A stretch of 64,000 bases of DNA from Clostridia bacterium (GTDB lineage: Bacteria > Bacillota > Clostridia > Oscillospirales > CAG-272). The stretch is taken from assembly GCA_017441005.1 (NCBI GenBank), contig JAFSAM010000077.1, positions 6,443 through 70,442 on the forward strand, read 5' to 3'. Position numbers and translations under genes: made by a program. The notes under the pieces were generated by a model. It saw nothing but the letters and a program-made list of their open reading frames with translations. It did not search any database and was not told the DNA's origin. Positions 29,248 to 39,941 of this stretch are shown in pieces; position 1 is the stretch's first letter, and every line of letters begins with the position of its first letter.

Positions 29248-29295
29248 GGACACATCATAAGGGTAGATCCCCAAAATGATGTGTCCGTATTTTTT
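29248..29295 (+). terminator. H-family conserved hairpin, copy H1
   Basis: GGACACATCAT (29248-58), loop, ATGATGTGTCC (29276-86), then a T-rich tract. Confidence 0.85.
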
Positions 29296-29383
29296 TAGAA
29301 AAAGTTTTTTGGCTTACTCTGATTAAGCGGAATAAGTTTATTTTTTAACGGTTATTTGCCAACTTTTTTAAAAGGGCTGCAGG

Positions 29384-30223
29384 TTAAGCTTTACCTGCAG
29401 CGCCTACTAAATTGATTTTATTTAAAGCCATTGCTTTAACCGATTCAATAGGTTTTTTCATAAAAATGTCAACGGCAAGGCTTCTGTCGGGGTCATTTAA
29501 AGTTTCAAGCACACCTGAGGCAAATGAGCAACAAACGTCTGTACCGATATTCATTTTGCGTACCCCCGCTTTGATAGCAGCTTTTACTTGGTCATCGGGA
29601 ATACCGGTGCCGCCGTGAAGAACAAGGGGGATGCCTCCTGTTGCCTCTCTTATAGCTTTTATTCTCTCGATATCGAGGCGGGGCGTTTTTTTGTAATGAC
29701 CGTGGGCATTTCCTATGAGCACGGCGAGACAGCAAACACCCGTTTGCTTTACAAATTCCGCGGCTTCGGTGGGGTCTGTGAATTCTTCTATAACGTCGTC
29801 GTTGGCGCTGCCGACGTGGCCGATCTCTCCCTCGACGCCGACGTTTATATAATTGCAGATGTCAACTATGCGTTTGGTTGCCGAAACATTATCGCTGAAC
29901 GAGTGAACAGAGCCGTCAAACATAATGCCGGTCGCGCCCCAATAAAGGATCCTCTGGACCTCTGCCTCTGTTGCCCCGTGATCAAGGTGGAAGCAAACGG
30001 GCACGCTTGCCTTTTTTGCCGCCGCCAAAACAACGGGAGCGATATAGTAGCCCACCTCTTCATTGATAAGACGCGGATATACCTGAATGATCACCGGCGC
30101 TTTTGCCTCTTCTGCGGCGCTGATCACGCCCATGACGGTTTCAATGTTATATACGTTGAATGCGGGAACACAGTATCCGCCTTCCTCTGCCATTCCAATA
30201 ATTTGCTTTAAAGTTACTAACAT
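29384..30223 (-). CDS. class II ketose-bisphosphate aldolase family protein (fructose/tagatose-bisphosphate aldolase-like)
   Basis: 'CVPAFNVYN', 'FHLDHG' and 'LVLHGGTGIP' motifs. A GGAGGA RBS precedes the ATG at 30223. Confidence 0.85.
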   Translation of the reverse strand: MLVTLKQIIGMAEEGGYCVPAFNVYNIETVMGVISAAEEAKAPVIIQVYPRLINEEVGYYIAPVVLAAAKKASVPVCFHLDHGATEAEVQRILYWGATGIMFDGSVHSFSDNVSATKRIVDICNYINVGVEGEIGHVGSANDDVIEEFTDPTEAAEFVKQTGVCCLAVLIGNAHGHYKKTPRLDIERIKAIREATGGIPLVLHGGTGIPDDQVKAAIKAGVRKMNIGTDVCCSFASGVLETLNDPDRSLAVDIFMKKPIESVKAMALNKINLVGAAGKA

Positions 30224-30429
30224 TTTATTCCTCCGGATCATTATTGTATTTTTGTAATATTATATCTGACATAAACCGCTGATACAATGTATTTTTAGAA
30301 ACGGTTATTGTATTTTTTGGTATTATTGTGTGAATGTATATGAAGTTTGAATAAAACGGGAAGAGGTGTTGACTGACATTGCAAAAGTAGATGATTTGGT
30401 AAAAATATTAACAAATTGAAACAAAAGTG

Positions 30430-30457
30430 TTGAAAAAAATAATCGGAGTGATATAAT
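30430..30457 (+). promoter_or_regulatory. candidate sigma-A promoter upstream of the coiled-coil/signal peptidase/pilus genes
   Basis: TTGAAA (30430-35), a 16-nt spacer with TG, then TATAAT (30452-57). Confidence 0.5.
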
Positions 30458-30509
30458 ATAATTAATAAGTAAGATTATCTATCGGGACTAAAAGGAGGAG
30501 TGGGTTAAA

Positions 30510-30953
30510 TTGACTGATAAAGAGTTAAAGTCATTGAGCCGTCGAGAGCTGCTTGAGGTGCTGATAGTTCAAATGGAAGAAAACCAAAAATTGACCGAAC
30601 GGCTTGAGCAAGTCGAAAAGGAACTTAACGACAAAACAATAAGAATAGAGAAGTCGGGGTCCATAGCGGAAGCTTCGCTGAGACTTAATGATATTTTCGA
30701 TAAGGCGGAGGCTTCGGCGGCATTGTATCTTGAAAACATAAAAAGGCTTGAAAAAGAGGCGGAGGAAAAGGCGGAAAAGCTTATCCGAGATGCGGAAGAA
30801 GAAAGCCGACGGATGGTGAAGCACGCAGAGAATATGTTCAACACGCTTCCCAAATTAAAAACAATAGCTGATATGGAAGAGAAAGAATTTGTTTTCGACG
30901 AAAAAACAAACGATAAAGAGGAAAATGATAAAGAAGAGCAAGAAAACGGTTAA
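30510..30953 (+). CDS. coiled-coil protein of unknown function
   Basis: 147 aa, heptad-rich and E/K-rich. An AGGAGG RBS lies upstream. No enzymatic motif was found. Confidence 0.6.
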   Translation: MTDKELKSLSRRELLEVLIVQMEENQKLTERLEQVEKELNDKTIRIEKSGSIAEASLRLNDIFDKAEASAALYLENIKRLEKEAEEKAEKLIRDAEEESRRMVKHAENMFNTLPKLKTIADMEEKEFVFDEKTNDKEENDKEEQENG

Positions 30954-31515
30954 AACACCCACTATCGATGAGCTGAAGCGTGAGCTTGAGAGGGTCAAAT
31001 ATAACAGCAAGTACCGCCGAGTGTTAAAAAGCACGGTTTTTACTTTGGTCGTCGTTGCGGCATTGGCGGTTTTGGTCGCTACGATATGGCTTCCCGTTTT
31101 GAGGATCTACGGAACGTCAATGGTGCCGACGTTGGACGAAGGCGAAATAGTAATATCCATCAAGGGGGCAAAGTTTGAGGCGGGCGATCTGGTGTGCTTT
31201 TATCTTGGAAACAAGCTGCTTGTAAAGAGATTTATCGCAGGGCCCGGACAATGGGTCGATATAGATGAAGAGGGCAACGTATACGTAGACGGAAATCTGT
31301 TGGATGAGCCCTACATCGCCCAAAAGTCTTTGGGAGATTGCAATATTGAGCTGCCGTATCAGGTTCCCGACAGCAGATATTTCGTTTTGGGCGACCAAAG
31401 AGCAACCTCGATAGACAGCAGAAATACTGTTGTAGGCTGTATTGCGGAGGAGCAGATGGTCGGAAAGATCGTATTCAGGGTATGGCCCTTCAGTAAATTC
31501 GGTAAGATCAAATAG
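30925..31515 (+). CDS. signal peptidase I (S26 family), pilus-island associated
   Basis: 'GTSMVPT' (Ser box), 'LVKRFIAGPG' (Lys box) and 'GDQRATSIDSR' (box E), plus an N-terminal TM segment. Confidence 0.85.
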   Translation: MIKKSKKTVKTPTIDELKRELERVKYNSKYRRVLKSTVFTLVVVAALAVLVATIWLPVLRIYGTSMVPTLDEGEIVISIKGAKFEAGDLVCFYLGNKLLVKRFIAGPGQWVDIDEEGNVYVDGNLLDEPYIAQKSLGDCNIELPYQVPDSRYFVLGDQRATSIDSRNTVVGCIAEEQMVGKIVFRVWPFSKFGKIK

Positions 31516-31573
31516 AAATAATCGGTAAATAATTTTTAACTATTATTAAAAACAGAAAGGAGGAGCATTTGGT

Positions 31574-34500
31574 ATGAAGGACAATATGGTCGCGAGAGTG
31601 TCGGAATACAAGAAAAAGCGGTCGCGCAGAAAAATGTGGTACAGAATAGTGACCTGTATGGCTGCTATTGTCGTTTTCGTTACCACGTATGCTCTTATCC
31701 TGCCTGTAATAACATTGAACAAGAACGTGTGCGGTCTTACAGAGCATACCCACACGGATGAATGTTACAATGAAGCTAACGAATTGTTGTGCGAGCTTAC
31801 GGAGCACATTCATACGGATGAGTGCAAGGGGGCTGAGCTGACCGACGGCGAAATGCAACAGGTCGACACCGTTATACAAAAGATCGATGCCCTCCCGAGT
31901 GCCGATGTGATCGAAAATACGCTGCTTGGCTATGACGAGTCGGGTGATATGGATTCGTATGAGACCTATTTTGCAGAGGTTCAGCCGGACATTTTGGAAG
32001 TATATAGAGAATATGACACATTATCCGTTGAACAGAAGGCTTACGTCGAAAATGCTTCCAAGCTTATGGAGCTTGAGTGGATATGGTCGGTGGCGGTGTA
32101 CGATAGCGGAGATTCATCTACCATAGGTGACGTTCTCGACGGAGACTATGCATATTTATATGACGTAAGACTCAAGGAGAACGCCTCCGAAAACAGATAC
32201 CCCTCTACGGGAACGGCTCCCTTCGATGCCGATGACGCGGCGGGAAATGACACAGGGGCCGATAATTTGATCGTCAGAACGTATGATACCGTTTCGTATA
32301 CGGTTGAATTTTATACGGCATTGAGAAAAGAGGTCGTGGACGATCACATATCCGGATATAAGACGGGACGCATTTATTTTGAATTTATTCTTCCTTTAAG
32401 CGAGGAGGAGGCACAGTTTGAGGTCGAATCGATGCTGTGGCTCAAATCCTCACAGAATATAAAGTACGAGCTTGTGACCGTTGACGGAAAGCAGGTGCTT
32501 CGCGGAAGCTATATGCTGGTAGGAAACGCGACCAACCCCGCGGCGATAGGTGCAAGCCAAAACGAGACTGTAGTCGTTGTACGTGCCCTTCGTATGCATA
32601 ACGGCGAGAAGATCAAGCCGGACATTACATTGTGGCTTGAATATAACGAGGTTGGTACGACCTACGTCAACAATATTCCGCAGACTATAGTAACAGGCTC
32701 GGGGGCTGTCTGCTCGAAGACCGACAGCGATTCGACGGCACACGGTGCGGAATACAAAACCGTAGAAATACCCGAGGTTACCGTATCGGCGGCTCCAATG
32801 TATAACATAACGGTAGTCCAGGGTGACACTTCAAGAAACACATTGGTTGGAGCTTTTGACTTTTCAAAGGGTAATTCCCAAGCAGTAAACAAGAGCGCGG
32901 ATTACGGCATCATATATGGCAGAATGAGCGGATACGGCTTGAGAATCGAGATATGCGGAAAGAAAGGTCAGGGATTGCGAGGCGTCGAATTACCCGACGA
33001 GAACACCCCTATAACCTTTGATATCGGAATATACTCTACCTATAAATACTACGATGAAGAGCAAGGCAAAAACATAACGCTGGAAAAAGACGGCATTGCC
33101 GACTATCAGCCGTTGATATGGATGGTTACCGACAACGATTCGACGTCGGGCGCGCAGGGCAGAGCACCCGCGACCTACAATGCTTACATTACCTCTGTTC
33201 CGTTGAACAGGAAGACTTCACTCCCTGTCGATTGGTCATATAACCGTTGCTATACGGGCGGTACTTGGACACCTGCTGACAAGCAAGGTGAAATCGATAC
33301 CGTATCTGTTACGGTATCCGGGTTTAAGCTTGGCGGATATGAGGAGTTGGGCGGCGGATTGCACTTTCCGTATCTTGATGCGGCGGATGCGAAAACGTCG
33401 GGAGCGAGATACTACAATCCCAACAACATAAGTCATTATTGGGAGATCGAGCAGGGTATCTTCTCTGCCGGTGAGTTGTGGATAATGCAGCCGTACAACA
33501 GCATTGAGGACGGCACATATATAAGCGAGAAGATCGGTTACGAGGGACAGTACAGCACTTATATAACCCTTTCTAATCTGAATATGAAGAGCGAAGGCGG
33601 CACGGTGGTAACTACAGAGGACCAGACGAATACCACTGACGATACCAAGATGTTCAGCCGTTATATGGTAAGCAAGGGTCACATAAAGGCGTGGGTAGTT
33701 TACCTTAAATACAATACAAGAGTTTGGAACCAAACATTGACGGACGGCGCTTACCAGACAAATGCCGACAGCGACTGGGCTGTTGCAGGTCAAGGTGTCA
33801 CCGTGAACACCGTCATAGAGCATATGGACAACGAGGGAGTATATCTCGGAATTGCCTATGACGTACTGTTAAAATGGGACGATGACTATTTCGAGCCTGA
33901 CGGAGACACATCTGATGACTACTCGATAACGGGATATACCAGATCCGGTCAGACGACAAAGCTGCTGTGGGCGGCTAAGCCCGACGGTACGGGATGGTCT
34001 GATGTCGATAACGATGAAGAAATGAAAAGGTATACCGTGGACGACCTGGTGTTTTACAGCAGTCTTTCCGACCTTAAGGCTTCGGGGGCTGTGTGTGTAG
34101 GTGCTTTGGCGGAATACAGAGGTATACAGCATACGGGACTTCGAAATATACACGTATACATAGATGGAAAGATCAAGCAGGATTGTCCCGTAAATCAGGT
34201 CTATATGTTGGTGGCAAACAGATATGCCTGGAGAAAGACGGACGTCGCAAAGGACGTTGCCGCATATTACGGCATAGACGAAAATTCGTTACACACAATA
34301 ACCGAAGAGCAATACTCGTATTACGCGCACAACGTATTCCCGACAAGGGATCCGGGAAAGGCTTCGCAGTCGAATTATCTCGGAACGAAAAAGATGCTTG
34401 ACGAGACGCACACGATAATCGTAAACTATCCCGAAACCTATTGGCGCCAGGATTACTATAAGACCAATGCGGGAAGCACGACGTCATACTCGGAGGATAA

Positions 34501-36412
34501 CAAGATGTCCGCCCTCGCATCGAAGGCGGTATACAATGAAACGGGATATCACACCGGATACGGCTCGTTCTGGTATCAGGACTCCTGTTTGATCATTCCT
34601 TATGAATCCACGGTCAACAAGAGCGTGGCGCAAACGGAGGGCTCGGGAGAGTTAAAGACCGTATATGATATGAACCAAAACCAGCGAGTGATCGACTACG
34701 CGATTTTTGCAAGGATAGACAGGAAGCTGGGAGAGGGAGTATCCTCGGCGGGCATTCTTGAAACCGTAATCTATATTGAAGATACCATACCTGCAGGTAT
34801 GACATATATACCGGGATCTGCATATTTGGGCGGCACTTATGCTCAGGATCCTCTGCATCAGCAGCAAGGTACGGTGACGAACGGCTTGCAAGAGTCGGAA
34901 ACCATGCAGTCGGCAGCTGCTTACTTTGTAAGAGAAACGCTGACGGTTTATTCCGACGGTACTACGACGGTGAGATGGAGGTTCCCCGTTACGGCTGATT
35001 CGTCAATGGCGATCTGGTCGGATACGCTGAGATATTCGTGCTATATCGGAACTCCCGGAAACGAGGAAACCGACGTAGTCCACGACCAGCAGCTTACAAA
35101 CTCGGTAAAGATCTGGTCTGCCGGTGAGGCAAAAAGAACCTTCAAGGTAGATTTCGGAAACCTTGACAGTTACGGCATAAAGATCCAGAAGATGGGTGCG
35201 GTATCCCTTTCAAAGCTTTCGGATCAATTGGTCGTAGACAAGGGCGCCGATATGGGCTTTACCATGAACGTCGGTAACAACGGAAGCACGGCTCAAACCG
35301 GTACGATCATCGTCGAGACGCTTCCCTATAACGGATATAACGGAACAAGCTTCAACGGGAAGCTTGTGATAACAGAGTTTTCCGCGGGTACTGTCGACAA
35401 CAGTACAGCCTCGGATGCATTGCTCAGCGGATTTAATTTCTACTATACAACAGATCCGTCATATGCGGGCAAGGTCAGCGATCAGCTGGTCGGTGAAGAT
35501 TTCACTAATACGTCAATATGGACTCCTCTTGTGAAGAGTTCTTCCGCAAACAACGTTGACGGTCGACCGTTTGGACTGTTTACCGATTCATCCGGCAACA
35601 GCTTCCCGTCGGCAGTCGATCAGACAAATCAGATAGTGTTGATCGCGGCTGTCGGTAATTTGCCGGCAGAAAAAACCCTTAAAATGCATATTACACTTTC
35701 GCTTCCCAACGGTGTGGCGGAGAACAAGCTTGTAAACTTCCTTTCTCAGGGAACTCTCAGATCTCAGGCACAGTCCCAGATAGTAAACAGAAATATCGAG
35801 GGCTTGACCTGGATCGATGATAACGCAAACGGTGCGCGAGCAGAAAACGAAGTGCTTATTTCGGGAGTGACGGTCACGCTGAAAAAGTATAACGTGCTTA
35901 AAAGCGCATACGAAAACGTATGCTATCCCGGAACTACTGAGCCCATTGTGATAAAGACCGGACAAAGGGTAAGCGTACAGAGCGGAGGAAGCTATTACAT
36001 CGAGACCTATGAGGCGGGAAAATACTTATTTACCGATCTGTCGGCAGGAACCTACTCTGTTGTATTCAGCGACGGAACGGGAGAGGGTATCATCTCACCG
36101 TATCTGGCATCGCCGCAGAATTATGTGGGCGATGACACCATAGACTCGGATGCGAGAGCGGTTTACGTAGACTCAAAGCACAGTGCGATCTCGTACACCG
36201 TAATAGAGGGTATCGAGATGAAGCCTGCGGGCCAGTTGACTTACGGCTCCGACTTTTCGAGAAACAATGACAGCGGCTTCTATTTGAGAGGTCCGCTTCT
36301 TCCCACCACGGGCGGAACGGGTCATGAAACGTATATTTTGGGCGGAGGACTGTTGATGGTAACAGCGGTTCTGTGTCTATTATATAAAAAACGCAGAAAG
36401 GAGGACACCTAA
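31574..36412 (+). CDS. 1612-aa LPxTG-anchored surface protein (candidate pilus tip adhesin)
   Basis: N-terminal TM/signal anchor. Two 'C-x-LTEH-x-HTDEC' motifs. An SdrD-B/Cna-B-like C-terminal region ('GLTWIDDNANG...YLFTDLSAGTYSV'). C-terminal sorting signal 'LPTTGGTG', a hydrophobic stretch, then 'KKRRKED'. Confidence 0.85.
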   Translation: MKDNMVARVSEYKKKRSRRKMWYRIVTCMAAIVVFVTTYALILPVITLNKNVCGLTEHTHTDECYNEANELLCELTEHIHTDECKGAELTDGEMQQVDTVIQKIDALPSADVIENTLLGYDESGDMDSYETYFAEVQPDILEVYREYDTLSVEQKAYVENASKLMELEWIWSVAVYDSGDSSTIGDVLDGDYAYLYDVRLKENASENRYPSTGTAPFDADDAAGNDTGADNLIVRTYDTVSYTVEFYTALRKEVVDDHISGYKTGRIYFEFILPLSEEEAQFEVESMLWLKSSQNIKYELVTVDGKQVLRGSYMLVGNATNPAAIGASQNETVVVVRALRMHNGEKIKPDITLWLEYNEVGTTYVNNIPQTIVTGSGAVCSKTDSDSTAHGAEYKTVEIPEVTVSAAPMYNITVVQGDTSRNTLVGAFDFSKGNSQAVNKSADYGIIYGRMSGYGLRIEICGKKGQGLRGVELPDENTPITFDIGIYSTYKYYDEEQGKNITLEKDGIADYQPLIWMVTDNDSTSGAQGRAPATYNAYITSVPLNRKTSLPVDWSYNRCYTGGTWTPADKQGEIDTVSVTVSGFKLGGYEELGGGLHFPYLDAADAKTSGARYYNPNNISHYWEIEQGIFSAGELWIMQPYNSIEDGTYISEKIGYEGQYSTYITLSNLNMKSEGGTVVTTEDQTNTTDDTKMFSRYMVSKGHIKAWVVYLKYNTRVWNQTLTDGAYQTNADSDWAVAGQGVTVNTVIEHMDNEGVYLGIAYDVLLKWDDDYFEPDGDTSDDYSITGYTRSGQTTKLLWAAKPDGTGWSDVDNDEEMKRYTVDDLVFYSSLSDLKASGAVCVGALAEYRGIQHTGLRNIHVYIDGKIKQDCPVNQVYMLVANRYAWRKTDVAKDVAAYYGIDENSLHTITEEQYSYYAHNVFPTRDPGKASQSNYLGTKKMLDETHTIIVNYPETYWRQDYYKTNAGSTTSYSEDNKMSALASKAVYNETGYHTGYGSFWYQDSCLIIPYESTVNKSVAQTEGSGELKTVYDMNQNQRVIDYAIFARIDRKLGEGVSSAGILETVIYIEDTIPAGMTYIPGSAYLGGTYAQDPLHQQQGTVTNGLQESETMQSAAAYFVRETLTVYSDGTTTVRWRFPVTADSSMAIWSDTLRYSCYIGTPGNEETDVVHDQQLTNSVKIWSAGEAKRTFKVDFGNLDSYGIKIQKMGAVSLSKLSDQLVVDKGADMGFTMNVGNNGSTAQTGTIIVETLPYNGYNGTSFNGKLVITEFSAGTVDNSTASDALLSGFNFYYTTDPSYAGKVSDQLVGEDFTNTSIWTPLVKSSSANNVDGRPFGLFTDSSGNSFPSAVDQTNQIVLIAAVGNLPAEKTLKMHITLSLPNGVAENKLVNFLSQGTLRSQAQSQIVNRNIEGLTWIDDNANGARAENEVLISGVTVTLKKYNVLKSAYENVCYPGTTEPIVIKTGQRVSVQSGGSYYIETYEAGKYLFTDLSAGTYSVVFSDGTGEGIISPYLASPQNYVGDDTIDSDARAVYVDSKHSAISYTVIEGIEMKPAGQLTYGSDFSRNNDSGFYLRGPLLPTTGGTGHETYILGGGLLMVTAVLCLLYKKRRKEDT

Positions 36413-36470
36413 CTCTTTGAAGCGTTTATCCCTAAAACAAAAAAAATTAATTATAAAAAAGGAGAAAACC

Positions 36471-38021
36471 ATGAAAAACATCAAAAAAATCGCCGGCATT
36501 TTGCTGGTAGCCATTATGCTTATGGCAATGACAGTTAACGTTTTTGCTCTTACAGATCAGCAGCTCATCGACCAGTACGGAGATGTATTTGGCGAAAACT
36601 CTATCCAGGATGGTCTTGATCATATCGAAGACATTGCTCCCGGAAAGAGAGGTTTGCTCTACATCAATGGCACGATCCAAGGTCAGAAGTACAGACTTTA
36701 CACTATCGCATCCCTTGAAAGCTGGAACGGAACAACCTATTCTTACAAAGTAAACCCCAAGTGGGCAGCTTTCTTCGCTGATGGCGCTGAAGGCGCTGCT
36801 TATGCAAACGTAGATGCTCAGGGTTACTTCACATGGAAGACAGGAACCGATGAAGCTACCATGAAGGAGTTCACTCAGAAGGCATTGGCATATGCTAAGG
36901 CAAATTATACGTCTTCGAATATGGACGAAGCTGAAATTACAGCTGACGGAACAGGCTATGCAAGATGGTATGCAAAGTACGGCTATCACCTTATCGATTC
37001 CGATACAGGTACATTGGCTTCTTTGACAACAAATGATCCTCACCAGGTTATTACTCTTAAGAACAAGGCTCCCACAGTAACTAAGACTGTAAAAGATGGC
37101 GATGCTCAAGGCGCGTCCAATACTGCAAGCATCGGTGACACAGTAGAATACACAGTAACGATTACTGCTCAGGCAGGCGCGCAGAACTATATTTTGCACG
37201 ATACAATGTCCGCAGGTCTTACTTTTGACGCAGATTCCGTAAAGGTTTATAACGGCTCTGTAGCAGACGGCAATCTCATTACAGCGGGTGCTGCTACCTA
37301 TTCCGTTGCCGGCGGCACCAAAATGGGCAGCGACACAGAAGACTGTACATTCCACGTTGTATTTGCACAGGCATTCTGCGATACTTTGATCGCAGACCAG
37401 AAGATCATCGTAACATATTCCGCAACACTTAACGACGAAGCTGTTATCGGCGGTGTAGGCGAAAACAACGAAGCAAAGATCACTTACGGTGAAACAAGCC
37501 AGATCGAAACCGCAGAAACTAAGACCAACACATTTACATTCGAGCTTCCCGTATTTAAGTATACAGGCGATCCCAAGACTGCATTGGCAGGTGCAACCTT
37601 CTCCATCAAGGATGAAGACGGCAATCTTATCAAGGCAATTCAGACCGAAGGTGCGGCTGATGGCGCTGTAGAGGACGTATATCTTGTAAGCGATGATGCT
37701 GCAGCAGTAACACAGTTTACAACAGATGCTACAGGTAAGTTTACTGTTCAGGGTCTTGCTGCAGGCACATATACACTTACCGAGGTTACAGCTCCTCAGG
37801 GCTACAACAAGTGCGTTGACGTTGAGATCGAGATCGCAGAAGACGGAACAATTGATATAGCAAATGCTGAAGGCTATGTTGAGATCGAAAACAAGTCCGG
37901 TTCTATCCTTCCTTCGACAGGTGGTATGGGTACAACGATATTCTACGCTGTCGGCGGTTTGCTCGTCGTAGTAGCAATAGTATTCCTTATTACCAGAAAG
38001 AGAATGTACTACAAAGGCTGA
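36471..38021 (+). CDS. LPxTG pilin (candidate major/backbone pilin)
   Basis: Signal peptide MKNIKKIAGILLVAIMLMAMTVNVFA. Cna-B-like 'ATFSIKDEDGN...GTYTLTEVTAPQGY' (E-box-like). Sorting signal 'LPSTGGMGT', a TM segment, then 'RKRM'. Confidence 0.8.
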   Translation: MKNIKKIAGILLVAIMLMAMTVNVFALTDQQLIDQYGDVFGENSIQDGLDHIEDIAPGKRGLLYINGTIQGQKYRLYTIASLESWNGTTYSYKVNPKWAAFFADGAEGAAYANVDAQGYFTWKTGTDEATMKEFTQKALAYAKANYTSSNMDEAEITADGTGYARWYAKYGYHLIDSDTGTLASLTTNDPHQVITLKNKAPTVTKTVKDGDAQGASNTASIGDTVEYTVTITAQAGAQNYILHDTMSAGLTFDADSVKVYNGSVADGNLITAGAATYSVAGGTKMGSDTEDCTFHVVFAQAFCDTLIADQKIIVTYSATLNDEAVIGGVGENNEAKITYGETSQIETAETKTNTFTFELPVFKYTGDPKTALAGATFSIKDEDGNLIKAIQTEGAADGAVEDVYLVSDDAAAVTQFTTDATGKFTVQGLAAGTYTLTEVTAPQGYNKCVDVEIEIAEDGTIDIANAEGYVEIENKSGSILPSTGGMGTTIFYAVGGLLVVVAIVFLITRKRMYYKG

Positions 38022-38161
38022 TAGACGATAGTTTTTAGGTGTGCGAGGAGAGCTCTTGCAGCTCTCCTCCTAACCTAACCGGAAAAGTGTCAGAATGATA
38101 ACTACAGCACTTTTCTTTTACCGTTGACATAGAAATATGCAACGGCAAGGAGGGCCCTTCA

Positions 38162-39040
38162 ATGAAGCAAAAAAGCAAAAAGAATAAGAAAAAAGGCAGC
38201 TTTTTGACGACGCTGCTTTTGGTCTTTGTTTTTATTGTAGGGTTGTCCTTGCTGCTGTATCCTTCATTCAGCGATTATTGGAATTCTTTGCACCAATCCA
38301 TCGCAATAGCCAACTATTCCGAAGCGGTGTCTAATCTCGGAGACGAAGAAAACGAAAGACTGTTCAATGAGGCCGTTGAATATAATTCATCTCTCAAAGA
38401 GAGAACCAACCCGTATTTATTGAGTCCCGATCAGAAACAACAGTATGCAGAGCTTCTTGACGTATCCGGAACAGGTGTTATGGGATATATAGAGATCCCG
38501 TCATTGGGAATATCGGCTCCTCTTTACCATACTACCGAAGAAAAGGTGCTTCAGGTTGCCATCGGGCATATTGAATGGTCATATCTTCCGGTTGGCGGAG
38601 AGGGAACGCACTGCGTTTTGTCGGGACATAGAGGCTTACCGAGTGCACGTCTTTTTACAGACGTTGACAAAATGGTGGTAGGCGACGTATTTACGATCTG
38701 TATACTTGACAGACTTCTGACCTATGAGGTGGATAAAATATCTATCGTCGAGCCCGACGAAACGGCAGGACTGAGGGCAGAGGAGGGTATGGATTACTGC
38801 ACTTTGGTAACGTGTACTCCTTACGGAATAAACACTCACAGATTACTTGTCAGAGGACACAGAATAGAGAATGCAGAGGTAGCAAAAACCGTGCGTGTAA
38901 TGGCAGATGCCATACAGATAGATCCCATGGTGGTGGCACCTATACTGTCAATACCGATACTTGCCGTGCTTTTGGCAATGGTTTTGATGAATGACAGAGA
39001 TTCCTACAGAAATAGCGGAGGTGACGACGATGAAGACTAA
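38162..39040 (+). CDS. class C (pilus-polymerising) sortase
   Basis: N- and C-terminal TM segments, 'LSGHRGLP' and 'TLVTCTPYGINTHRLLVRGHR' (TLxTC plus Arg). Confidence 0.85.
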   Translation: MKQKSKKNKKKGSFLTTLLLVFVFIVGLSLLLYPSFSDYWNSLHQSIAIANYSEAVSNLGDEENERLFNEAVEYNSSLKERTNPYLLSPDQKQQYAELLDVSGTGVMGYIEIPSLGISAPLYHTTEEKVLQVAIGHIEWSYLPVGGEGTHCVLSGHRGLPSARLFTDVDKMVVGDVFTICILDRLLTYEVDKISIVEPDETAGLRAEEGMDYCTLVTCTPYGINTHRLLVRGHRIENAEVAKTVRVMADAIQIDPMVVAPILSIPILAVLLAMVLMNDRDSYRNSGGDDDED

Positions 39041-39941
39041 AATAGTGTCAATTGTATTGGCTTTTGTCCTTTTGAGTATATCTTTGGCAACCGGCGTAAA
39101 TGCAATCGACGGTATTGATATAAATAAAAAAGCCGATCTTACGGTTATTTTTGCCCCCGAGGGCGAGGGAGCGGAGATAAACTTTTATTTGCACAAGATA
39201 GCCGACGTGGAAGAGACTGCAGAATACAAGGTCGTAGACCGTTTTAAGGGTTATGACATTGATCTCGAAGACAATACCGCCGAGGAATGGAGACTTCTTG
39301 CAACATATTTGACGGGTGTTATATCATCCGACGGAATAAGCGCCGATTACTTTGTGAAAACGGACAGCGAGGGACGTGCGGTGTTCAGCGGACTTCCTCT
39401 CGGTCTTTATTACGTTTCCGGCGAAGTGTATCACGGCGACAGAGTGTACGTTACGCCGACACCGTTTTTGATAAGCCTCCCCGACAGAGATGCTACCGGG
39501 GAAGGCTGGAATTACAACGTAGAGCTTTATTCCAAATATTCATCAGTACCCGATTCCGAACCTGTTAGTGTTGAGGTTTTGAAGATTTGGAATGATAACA
39601 ACGATGCGTCCCGCCCCGAAAAGGTGGAGATCAGTCTTTATGACGGCGAAAAACTGTATGATACCGTGGTTTTGAATAAAGACAATAATTGGCAGCATAA
39701 ATGGACAGAGCTTTACGGCGGTACCGTGTGGAGCGTAAAGGAGACGTCAGTTCCCGATGGATACAGCGTATCGGTAGAACAGCAGAACCAGCGCTTTGTT
39801 ATAACTAATACCAAGACCGTTCCGTCTGTTCCCTCAGGTCCCTCGTTGCCTCAAACGGGTGTGATGTGGAGACCTGTTCCGATCCTCGCATTTTTGGGTA
39901 CAGGTTTGGTCATAGCCGGTGTATTGCGCCGCAGAGGATGA
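39030..39941 (+). CDS. LPxTG minor pilin (candidate basal pilin) with Cna-B domain
   Basis: Signal peptide MKTKIVSIVLAFVLLSISLATGVNA. 'VLKIWNDNNDASRPEKVEISLY...WSVKETSVPDGY'. 'LPQTG', a TM segment, then 'RRRG'. The start overlaps the sortase stop. Confidence 0.8.
   Translation: MKTKIVSIVLAFVLLSISLATGVNAIDGIDINKKADLTVIFAPEGEGAEINFYLHKIADVEETAEYKVVDRFKGYDIDLEDNTAEEWRLLATYLTGVISSDGISADYFVKTDSEGRAVFSGLPLGLYYVSGEVYHGDRVYVTPTPFLISLPDRDATGEGWNYNVELYSKYSSVPDSEPVSVEVLKIWNDNNDASRPEKVEISLYDGEKLYDTVVLNKDNNWQHKWTELYGGTVWSVKETSVPDGYSVSVEQQNQRFVITNTKTVPSVPSGPSLPQTGVMWRPVPILAFLGTGLVIAGVLRRRG

Noticed and set aside
31508-36000. Numerous antisense or alternate-frame ORFs inside the adhesin gene (for example 33236-33823 and 35588-35965)
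   Set aside because: They are embedded in a 4.8-kb continuous ORF with a clear signal anchor and LPxTG ending. They are shadow frames.
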